From Rhina ancylostomus (Eukaryota): a stretch of 64,000 bases of DNA. Shown in pieces: positions 11,429-22,425 of the stretch. Location: the NCBI GenBank assembly GCA_030265395.1, contig JARFYF010000050.1, positions 20,315,594-20,379,593 of the forward strand, given 5' to 3'. How positions within the stretch are numbered: position 1 is the first letter of the stretch; every line of letters starts with the position of its first letter. A model generated the notes under the pieces. That model saw nothing but the letters and a program-made list of their open reading frames with translations, had not been told where the DNA came from and did no database searches. The position numbers and the translations under genes are program-made.

Positions 11429-13224
11429 TAATACAAGGCAAATCCCGATGTGATCAGAGCTGCATTCACGTGCACACTTTCCCTTTTATTTCTATATTCC
11501 AAAATGGAGAGAGTCATCCTGCATCAAAATTTTAAGATTTATTTCCAGTTATGCAAGCTGAATTGATTTGCAGTTAGTTTTGGTTACTCTAATGCATTGG
11601 ATATTTCAAAAGGCAAAGCAGAGAATCATGTCATGGCAATGATAACACTTTGATGATGGAACTTTGAAGAACGTGGTTCCAGATAATGTTGATGCTATCA
11701 GTACTCTGCTTTATTGAAAGAATAAAATGAGCAATAACCCACAGGAACCACAGACATATTATCAAAATTTTGCTCTTCGAGTTGTCATGATCATTTCAAA
11801 ACTTTGCCACACTGGCAGCTCCAAGTTATTCTATTGAAACACACGAGAAGGGAGAATGTTCCAGTACTTATGTTAATACCCACTGAACTCCTCAGAAAAG
11901 CTGAGGTGTCTTCATTCAAGTGTTTATATTTATTTTAGAATTAACTTTTACAGTTATGGAGGCACTATTGTAATTATTGGTGGAGATCTTTTAAGACTTA
12001 AAAAGTATTATTTAAAAATGCCTTCTTCTCTTAATCCAAATTTAACTTCTCTCATTTTTGCTTTCAGTTCATGAATTGACTTTGAATAAATATTCTACCC
12101 CATACTTTCCTGTACACTGCATACTCTCATTAAAAAAAAACTCATTCTGAATGCACAAGAGATACATGACTGTTTTCCCTGCTCACAAAATTTCCAGATC
12201 CCAAGAAGCTCCCTAGATCCCTATGCCCAAATAACTTTCTAATTGCAAGAAGTTCCGTTGTTAAAGCCCACTGATAACCTATTAGTAACGTATGGCTTAC
12301 ATTATTTTACTGAATCAATTTGTTTGGCAGGATTAGAGGTCAGAGTGATCATCAACTTCAGTGAATTCTTTTGTTTTACATTGAATTTATAAGACATAGC
12401 ATATAAAGCTCTTGAAAACTTCACACATGCAATACAATATGCACCAACAGTGAATCTCATACCCATAAACAACATCTAATAATAAATTTAAAAATTGCAA
12501 ATAGGTTTCTACATCAAAATTGTTATGTGCCTAATTGCACTTTAATTCAAAATGATAAAAGTTACTTGAAAAGCAAGAAGTGCAACAATATGTAACTTCT
12601 ACATTACCGGGACAGCAGGATTATTGTAATATTGAATTCAAAACTTCAAATGCAAAACCAATTTCCCCCCCTTCTTTTCTTGACTTTGCTCCATGCCATA
12701 TTGATCTGCTGAAGTATAAAGAGGCTCCAGTGTATATGAATGTAATATTTGACCTTACTCAGGGTACAAAGATGACAACATCCTCCCACCTGGCTGGAAC
12801 TAGCGACTAATCTGGATGTTCACTCAAAGTTGAGCCAGTGTGTGGTCCCATACATTATTTAAATAGATATTTTTAGGCTTTTCTTCTAATTCATTACTTA
12901 AATAACCTCCCACAAAGCTGCACAGAATCATTGCAGACATTTTAAAAAGATCCATTAAATCTGAATTGCTTTTAATGGATAATTCAGAACAAATTTGGAT
13001 TTAATGGGGAACTAAATAGATGATTTGCTTTAGGTCCCTTGTGACTTCACAGATATTATTCTTATTATGCAAAAGAACTTCTTATCACTAATATATGAAT
13101 CTACCTAACATGTCTATAATTACAGCTTGTCATGTTGACTTTTATTTATTAGTAATTGAGAACCCCTTTCTCAAAAAGGAGGAATTAATTCTATTTTTAA
13201 GAAAAATAACTTCTGCAGCCATGT

Positions 13225-13410
13225 TCCTGGATATTTGCAGGAGAACCCCCAAGTTGCTGCCAATGTTCTCTGTGGCCCAAGTATGACTGCCTTTCATTTC
13301 TCTGCTATATGAAACCAGCCTTCATATTATAACTGAGGTTGAGGAGTGAACAGAGCACAACAATGATGTTGATTTATCATTTCTTGGCAACCAAAGTTAG
13401 TACGATAACA
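13225..13410 (-). mobile_element. Decayed hAT transposase fragment
   Basis: Minus frame reads SLLCSVHSSTSVII*RLVSYSREMKGSHTWATENIGSNLGVLLQ, cf. hAT SLLSLTAHW..VL..EF.GSHT.ENI...L..ML. Confidence 0.4.
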
Positions 13411-14394
13411 TGCAGCAACTTCTCAAGCTCAGAAAACCTTTTCAATATTTAATGATGCCATGCAAGATAATATATAGTCAACTCCATTTTGCATGTGACA
13501 ATGCATAATTAAAATTGAAGTTTTAATTTTCCATAGTTCACAGAACCTAACTTCTCCATCACTTGTTGGCACATACAACTTAAAAGCATTAACATTTCCC
13601 TCTTGCAGAAAGTTAAAACTTCTGTGTTTGTTTTCTTCCTTAGGATTGTCTGAATATAAAGCAGCGATTGTAAAAATCTGATCACGCGTGTACAGCAATG
13701 AGTTCCATCTACATTACTATAGCAAAATTAGGTCAAAAGAAAACTCAGCGAATACTTGCCTAATTTACAATAGCCCTCAAACTGATTTCCTCATGCAATA
13801 AAGACATTGATATTTGGCGCCACTCTTTCCCTTTTGTCTGCACCACTGGGTTGAAAAACTAAATACAAGCTTTATTGATTCCAAGATTCAATGCTCAACA
13901 GATAAGTGCTGAGGATTACTCTGTATATGCTTCAAAGCAAAACCAAAATTAATATCCCTTTACCTCACTTCGAATAAAAATAACCTGCAAGAACAGCTTT
14001 TACACAAATCAGATTCAATACAATGCAGTCATATTGAATATTTACAGCAATTTGCTGCTACGGGTAACTCTCCAATGTTGAAAAATGAAGATGGGTAAGG
14101 AAATTATGTTGATTAGTTTTCATTTCAGCCATGACAAGCATTTGCAAATGCAACTTAACCTTCTGGTGATCAATGTGATCATATGAGCCTTTCCAACTAT
14201 GGTTTCTGTAAAGTCACTTAACCAATTCTATCAAGTGAGCCAGTGTGTGGAGCAGCAATCAAAGACATGGCTGGTTGTGGAGGTCAAAGAAAAAAAAGAC
14301 ATAAATTCAATTATAAAGATGATAACAGAAAGTTTAATTCATTAGCCCTCATCAACAATCAAGTCATGAAGAATGTGCAAGGATGATTACATTT

Positions 14395-14835
14395 GCTAAA
14401 ACTGAAATATAACAAATCTCCTGGGAACAGCAACATCATGTCGAAAGTTCAAAGAAATGATGCAAAAGAACTAGAACTGCTTTTTGACTTTACTTCTGTT
14501 ATTCAGACATCCTCTTACTACTCCAGACAAGATTTCAAATCATTGATCATTAAACAAGGACAACTTGAAGGTGAAGAACTGAAAACCCACTCTCTATCCA
14601 ATAATAACTAGAAAATATTGGCCTCAATCTTTGCTAACAGATTGAAAATTAGATTTAGCAGAATTATAGACAAATCACAATCTGGCTTGATGAAAGACAA
14701 GCTCATCGGTAATAAGATAATGCTAGCTTTATATGCCACAGATTATATAAATGTAATTATAGAAGCAAGTTTCTTTTTTAATTTTTAAGGTGTTTAATGG
14801 ATCAAAGTTTGAATTTTAAAATCCTTGAAAAAGTT
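14395..14835 (+). mobile_element. Tx1/L1-clade reverse transcriptase fossil
   Basis: LKYNKSPG...NNN*KILASIFANRLK..IIDKSQSGLMKDKLIGNKIML..DY, matching L1/Tx1 NKSPG.DG...NNDYKILA..A.RLK..I...QSGF...R.I..NIRL. Confidence 0.8.
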
Positions 14836-17800
14836 CAAACAAGTACTTTACTATGATGTTCCTATAGCCAGAAAGGTTGGCTCTTATAGCTACAGCGAAA
14901 CTCTTCCAAGAGAGACCATTTCATGCATCCACCCACCCCCACCACATTTTGCCAAGCTTTTTCTTCAACAGATTTCCATGATCTTTTGACCCAGAACAAT
15001 TCCCAATTTTCACTGGCAAATGTTTTACATTCCCTCTGCAATATTCAGACTCTCCATCTCACTTCTTTCTGAAAGTATCAAGTTAAATGCACACTTATTT
15101 TTAAAATAAAATTGACTTTGGGGTATTACTGAGTGAGATTGTTCACCCTTTCTTCTGGTGATCTGATACAATAATCTTATTAAAGTAAATGCACAATTTA
15201 GGTCAATTCTACAGCTGACAGTAAGAAAATTTTGGGACTTGACAACTGGTGGGGTCTGGACTTTATTGCAGGTACACAGTCTTCCAATAAACAATGATCA
15301 ATTTCACAGTGTCTCTACTCGGGTCAGTCTGCCCTTATGTTACAGCAAGAACATTACATTTTGTTACGGCTGAAAAGGATGTTTGAAATGTCGTGGACTT
15401 CTGCAGAAGCCTGAAACAGGCAAATAACTTCCAAGTTGCCAAATTTCTTGGCCAAACCAGAATTAAAATGAGAGACAGCATCCTGAGTTGGATTCTGTAG
15501 CCTTAAAGAAATATTTATCCAATAGAATATGATGCGCATTCACTGACCACGTAAGACAACACATCCTCCAACACAGCCTGTATAATGACTTGGGAGTGCA
15601 CTTGCTTCCACTCAAGAAGTCTCAATTGCTGCAGGGAACAGTCACAATTCAGATACACTTTGGATCAGGTGCAAAATTATGCTAAAAATAGAAAGGAAGC
15701 CTTGCATTTCTTCCTGCAGTCTCGTGACCTAGAGTCTGAATTTACAAGCAGTTTACTGAGCTGAAAGTTATTCGTTACCTGAAGTTTTAATCATTAGGTT
15801 ATCAGTTAGACATTACCAGCAAGCTCCTGACTCTACTGTAACTGATTACAAAAATGTAGTTCCTTTCTAAAAATATCAAAACTGAGAAAAGAAATAATCA
15901 GTATTTCCTATTGTTTTCTCTAATGCTTGAAGGAACTTGAAAATGATTATTAATATAACCAAGAGTGGAACATTGCATTGGCAATAATAATAGGCCTTTA
16001 ACGAGCTTCAGGAGGTAACTCAATTACCTCCTGCATGAAGTGCCTGATCTTAAAGGGATAGACCATGCTAGCAGTTAAGCATTAGAATTATGTTTGAGAC
16101 CCCAGACCAATTATGAACAAAAATACAGATTTTAATTGGATGTGTTTTTAGTTCTGAATGGAACGTGGAAACAAAATTCATCCAAATTCATCTTGAAGCA
16201 CCACAAAATTCAGAGGCCATGTAAAATGCCCAGAGGAAATCTAATTGGCAAAAGCAGGTGCCCAAGGATTGGAAGCTAACCAGTATGTTTTATTAAACAC
16301 AGCAACTGCATAAAGCAACAAAGGTATTTTTCTTGTCCAGTAGTTTAATAATCAATTTAATTTTGACCAAAGAATTTTTATGTGGTGGGGGAATGAGGAT
16401 TTAATTTGTTGATTGGGGTTTCTTAGCTTATTATTTCATCTCAAATCATGATATACTGCAGAAAACTCCAACCAAATCACCCTCCCACAAACAGACAGGG
16501 TTTGATGGAAATGCCAGCTGGTACAAATCTTTTGGGTTTCATTTGAGGAATATAATCAACATCCAATCAGTTTGAATGCCAAACTGCTCAGTGAAATGGT
16601 AGCCAGCCAAAGTGGACCATCTGATATGGTATTAAAGCAGTTCTTTTCCAGCTGGAAGATAAATCAAGTCAAGTTTTTATTAGGCTATATTTGACTTTAA
16701 GTAGATGTGGTGGTTTCAGATATTTTCCTTATTTCAAAAGAAGTTCAGAAAACTCTATAGTTTCCATTAGTTTTATATAAGACAAATAGGTGGTCTTCAG
16801 TTATAGTTAATTTTTTTAAACATTTAGTCACATAGTATATGTGATATCTGAAGTAATGGCAATCCAGTCAAAATCTGCACCATTCAATTTGACACCAATA
16901 TATTTAATTGTTTTTGAACAGCAATTACACAGTGGAACAAGAAAATCAAATTAATGATCAGTAACAATGGCATAATGACAGCAGATGCAAGTGTTACACG
17001 AGACTAACCTGCCTGCCTCTGAACTGCTCTGTGGAGACTCCAAGCCTCTTTCTGCTACTTGTCTACATGGCAAAGCCTTAATGTGTGGCAAATCATTGTT
17101 GGATACTCATATCAATGCCTCCACTGAAACGAACTGTTCACTTTTCAGATGTTAAATTCAAAGATTATTTTGTGAAGCAGCAAATGAGCGCTCCAAAATA
17201 AATTTAAAAAATAGAGCTACTTTCACAAAGAACAGTAAAAATGATATATCTGATCAACCTAGGTATCCAACGGTTATATATTTCTTTTGGGTCTACAAGA
17301 ATGAGATAATTTAAGATAGTCTTTAGCATTCCTTGTGCATTTTCCCCCCATAGTTTTTACTTTACATCAGAAATAAAGTAGAAATTAGTGTAAATTATTC
17401 TGAATGATTCATTATTTGATTTTTAAAGTGGAATCCTAAAGTGACAATCACTTATTAAACTTGGTTGTGTTGAAGCAATTACAACAAATACCAATCATTC
17501 CAGTTCTTTGTTTGCTCCACTAATCCATTCTTATCCAAGCATGGAAATCTCATCTCCTCTAAAATCTGGAATTTGTCATTATTAGTTCTTACAAGACCAG
17601 GGACCATGCTGAGCAAAATATTAAATATTATTTTGAAGCACTACATTTTTCCCTGAGACCCAAATTTAAGTTCCTAGCAGAGACACAGAAAAGTCCTCTC
17701 TTTCTGTCAAATTTCTCTTGGCTAGAAAGGAATGATTTCCAAAGGCCCCAAATTAGGCTGCAGTGAATTGTAAGCATATTACCAGTCAGATGTGTTTAGG

Positions 17801-18329
17801 GTTATTTTTAATATTTTGTGACCTACTAAAAAATTAAATTAGGTCTGATAGTTTGTTAGAATGTAAGCAATTTGATTTTCCTTTTGAGATCTCTGCAGTC
17901 ACCTTGTCTGTGCTGCCCAGATGATTTTGAAGATCTCCCCTTCTGACAAGCTCCCCTACACTGTTTTGGCAGTGATCCCTGTCAAATGAGCATGAATAAT
18001 TCATGGTCATTATTTTAGGCACAGAATCCCCTCAGACTCATAACCTAACCACATTTATTGCTGGAGTCTACGCTGGTGCTGAGAGGGGTAGGTATAGGGT
18101 AGACCATGCACTTTGAGCAAAGCATATTGTTTGCTCAAGAAGATAGTCTTCCATGGAAACATTGTGCTCCAACAAGACATCTTCCAGGTGGTTCAAGCAC
18201 TGTGAAGAACTTACAAAAAGTAAAGGTGCCAGATTTAGCAAAGAATTTCAGTGCCTAGACCTTAGCATGCTGCCGTCTCTACATTGCAGCATACTTGCCA
18301 AAGCAAATAACGAGTCACAATTAATATTC

Positions 18330-19420
18330 AGTCACTGTGCTCAGAAAAGCCATCAATATTGCCTTCCTCAATGCTCTAGACATCTCCACTACTATTTCCA
18401 TGGTTTTCTGCTCTACTTAAGTGGGTGTTACAATGTCAGACACTCCTTCCAGGATCTGGTTTCTCATTTTCACTCCAGCCTGCAAAGAGAGAGAAAATTT
18501 GTGAATGGCTATCGAAAGGGTAAGTGGATTGGTGTGTAATATGGCATAAAATGCATAGGCTGAGTTCTGCAGGAGCAAGGTAGATAAGCATCAGGAGGTA
18601 ATGAATACAAGCATGAAGGAAGGAAGATCTGGTGAGAGGACTTTGAGTCAGCAAGTGTTAATGTGTGGGAATATTGTCAGTGTGGGATGTGAACAGAACA
18701 ATGGTGTGATATTGTCTTCCATTGTTTGCATGGAGGATGTGATGAAGGACAGGCTGTTGGTGGTGGAGGAACAAAAGAATGATGTAGGAGGAGTCAACCA
18801 CCTACTCCCTCAAGTGTCTCCTGCCATTCAACACCAGCAAGNNNNNNNNNNNNNNNNNNNNNNNNNNNNNNNNNNNNNNNNNNNNNNNNNNNNNNNNNNN
18901 NNNNNNNNNNNNNNNNNNNNNNNNNNNNNNNNNNNNNNNNNNNNNNNNNNNNNNNNNNNNNNNNNNNNNNNNNNNNNNNNNNNNNNNNNNNNNNNNNNNN
19001 NNNNNNNNNNNNNNNNNNNNNNNNNNNNNNNNNNNNNNNNNNNNNNNNNNNNNNNNNNNNNNNNNNNNNNNNNNNNNNNNNNNNNNNNNNNNNNNNNNNN
19101 NNNNNNNNNNNNNNNNNNNNNNNNNNNNNNNNNNNNNNNNNNNNNNNNNNNNCAGCCCTCATTTTTCAAAGGGTAAGAAGGGTGAAAAAGAATCGTGTTG
19201 GGAAACGTGACGATCAGAAAACAAACGTACAAACTATTGTTGGACTGACGAAGTTGAAATTTCAAGTTGAGAAGCTGATGGTGCTGACACTGCCCCCTCA
19301 ATCACATTCAACCTGGCTTGCTGTGTAATAATCCTGGATACCTTGCTCTGGGTACTGTGCCCTCAGCTTCTTCCATGAGGAAACCCAGTGATTCATTGTA
19401 GAGGCAGCATGGAAGAGCAT
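18330..19420 (-). mobile_element. Decayed Harbinger element (transposase C-terminus plus Myb/SANT-like ORF2), spans a gap
   Basis: Minus strand: LYNES and QY.P.KVSRII (transposase C-terminus, 19330-19410); WQETLEGV (18800-18826); acceptor ctctctttgcag then EGVSDIVTPT*VEQKTMEIV (cf. ORF2 GGG.PDI..LT..EE..MEI). Confidence 0.5.
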
Positions 19421-20606
19421 GGTTGGGAGTTGGGTGATGGAGTTGGTGGAACAGAAAGGACCTCTACAACAAGGAAAACGATTCAGAGATCCCTCTGTTT
19501 ATTGTAGTGAAACACAGAAGCAGGGAAAGCAACTCTGTTTTGGGAGGCTCAACTCTACTTTAAGTCATAAGAGCCCTTTGGAAATTGTGCACAGAAACTG
19601 GGAGGATTGCCTAATTCCTGACATAATCAAATGGCCATCCCATCAGTCATAGTCAATTATCCGAGGGGCTAAAATTACCCAGGACTCACACAGATCACAT
19701 GCTGAAGTTATACCCCTTTCTTGCACAAATCATACCCCAAACTAAAATCAGAGCTGCAAGGTTACTGCCTAAGCTTTTGAATCAAGATCAAGTCTGGAAT
19801 CAAAATTGTAATGTCAGTGTTAAAGGAAACAAAACTGTGCATAAATTAGTTCATGCTGTTGCAATGTGATTTTTATTGCTTCTATCCAAAATCTATTTCA
19901 AACATTAGAAGTTTCAGGCACTGTGAAAAACTTGTCAGGGTTTTTTTTACAAAGTGCATTGAGTAACTTGTTTGTTTCAACATTTCTCCTTTACTGAGAG
20001 GTTAGAGGTTTGGTTGCTTTATTCATTTGGGGCAGTTTCTTGTTATCTTTGATTCTACCTCTTGTTTCTGATTCATTTCAGACCAATAACCAAGTGTGAG
20101 GAGAAAGTGTTACAGTAATTAAAATGTCATAGTCAGTGAAGGCTCCCCGTATTTTATAGGTAAGGTAACCTGGGTCAACCTCCACGAGGAGGATAAGGTA
20201 CCTAGTGGGCAGGATTATTTTGAACCCTGTTAAAACCCCACCTTGATATGGAAATAAATAATAATTGCAGAAATGTGTCCTGCATTTTAATATTTTAAGG
20301 CTTCATTATTCTCGTCATCGTTGACTTTTTACTTTTTGGTCTCCATTGTCGATAATGAAGATTCTATCATTCAAGATCAAAAATCTAATATGAAAGATTT
20401 GCAATAATGAAATTTTGCCATAAGTCAATATGTAANNNNNNNNNNNNNNNNNNNNNNNNNNNNNNNNNNNNNNNNNNNNNNNNNNNNNNNNNNNNNNNNN
20501 NNNNNNNNNNNNNNNNNNNNNNNNNNNNNNNNNNNAATATGTAAAAACATATTAATGATGTTTTCCTTTCTCTGAAGTCACCTGCATTTTTTTTATACAT
20601 ATACCC

Positions 20607-20614
<8 letters not shown>

Positions 20615-20669
<55 letters not shown>
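20615..20669 (+). repeat. (CA)n microsatellite, about 27 units
   Basis: Perfect AC run read directly. Confidence 0.98.
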
Positions 20670-20673
<4 letters not shown>

Positions 20674-21204
20674 CACTCTAATACTCCTTTTCCAATCCAC
20701 AGCAGGGGCATCCCACTTGGTTAATGGAATCTCCATAACCTGTGATGAAACCTTGAAAGCTTTAATTAATGCCTTAGAGGAGGCTACTATTACAAATTGC
20801 TATTCATTCTAAAGCTACTTATCTGTCTGACTGGCACAAGGGATACTTGCCAGATGGAGTTGACACCATTGCATTGACAGCAATCACCTCATATTAAAAT
20901 GCAGCTGTTGCATGGGCTCATTTTATTTCTTTTATTATTGCTTTTCATTTACATAACATGGAAGACTTTAAAGTGAACTTTTTAAACAGCTGAACTTCCA
21001 CTGAAGTGAGAAAGAATGTGGAGGTGGAATAAATGGAATTACTGTCAGAGATTCACTGAGCTTTGGTTCACCAGGTAAGTAAATATATAAAATTGAAATT
21101 CAAGACCAATACATTTTCAAACTGCTTTCCTAAGAACATACAAACTAAAATGGTTAGTTTAGCAGCAGCACTAGGAAGCCATCGTACCAAGTGCATAACT
21201 TCAT

Positions 21205-21290
21205 ATTTCAGCTTTCAAAAATATTTCTTCATCAATAGCATGTCCTGAGGCTGTTGAGGGTACTACATAAATGCAAGTCATTCTTTTCTT
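21205..21290 (+). mobile_element. Deu/SacSINE-type 3' tail
   Basis: atgtcctgaggctgttgagggtactacataaatgcaagtcattcttttctt. Confidence 0.55.
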
Positions 21291-21359
21291 TGTAACAAAG
21301 GTTGTAACAACTGGATAAACTGAGACAAACCTATTGGACTGTAGTAGTGAGGAATCATT

Positions 21360-21620
21360 GCAGGATCAAAACATCACTACACTAGCATTACTGAGGCATA
21401 ACAAGATAGACAAAAACGTTACAGTGACATTGCTATCGCACAACACATCTCATGTGCTGCAACCTCAATTGGCATAGCGCTATTTTGGAAGAGATGACTG
21501 ACACATATGACAAGGATTTTTGATTCATTGAGAGGTGCGGATTGAGAATAGAAGTGTAGGGCTTACAGATGCATAAACAGAAAAACATACTGGCAAGGTT
21601 CATTCACGGAACCCAGGAGG
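21360..21620 (+). mobile_element. Decayed pogo/Tigger-like DDE_1 transposase fragment
   Basis: NVTVTLLSHNTSHVLQP (21415-21465), cf. LP.NT[ST]H.LQPLD.G; later RAY..KNILARF..G, cf. AY..NI..GF..GI.P. Confidence 0.55.
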
Positions 21621-22224
21621 ACAAATTCACAGTATTATATTCTTAATAGGAGTATGCATTTTAATTACATCAGGAAACAAGCTAACATTCAATGTATATT
21701 GTATTATCTAAAGCAAAAGCCGGGCAGAGCAATGTTATGTGAACAGAAGTACGAAATTAAAGCAATCAGGGCACCTTTGCTTTATCTGAGAAACCCTGAT
21801 GTTATGTGGAGATCAGTTCAGATGGGTTCAATGCAACACAGAAATATGGTTCAATCCAGCTTACTTTTTAACAGCAACAATTTATCCAATAAAAAAAATC
21901 GATCTGGGAAGCAGTCTACATTTCAATGTTTTTAACTGGCAGGTATCAGTGTGTTCATGGGCTGTGATTCAGTTGTACAAGACAATCAAGAAACAATCTT
22001 TCAAACAGTCAAAGTTTGCAAGTGGCAAAATGGAGGTATGACTGTTTCAGGCACAACCTGACAAAAAAAAGAAAACAAAGTGCAAGTTTCAAGTTGCTCC
22101 AGTCACTAAACATCTGATGGTTAAATTCAAATGTGAATAGCTGCAAGGATTTACAAAAGAGGCACTGGTTAATAGAAAAGCAAAATACTTCAGATGTTTG
22201 AAATATGTTCCAATGAACATTCAC

Positions 22225-22425
22225 TGGCCTGAAACACAAGCTCTTTCTTTCTACACAGGTCCTAGTCTGTTTATGGATAGGAAACAGTTAGGGGGACATG
22301 GGCCAAATGCAAGCAAATGGGACTAGCCTAGGAAGGCACCTTGGTCAGTCTGGACAAGTTGAGCCAAAGGGCCTATTTCCATAACTCTATGGCTCTATTT
22401 CCAACATGTTCTATTATATTTCAAT
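22225..22425 (+). mobile_element. CR1 3' end (about 22268-22397) nested within a Penelope-like tail
   Basis: cctgaaacac..tctacacag, then atggataggaa..gggccaaatgc..ccaaagggcctatttcc..actctatggctcta, then tttccaacat resumes the tail. Confidence 0.6.

Noticed and set aside
17085-17160. KSLLDTHINASTE as a hAT dimerisation-domain remnant
   Set aside because: Single weak motif without supporting neighbours.
18601-19301. Long ORFs in the track (also 36655-37218, 45922-46495, 52959-53321)
   Set aside because: Their length comes from translation through N gaps.
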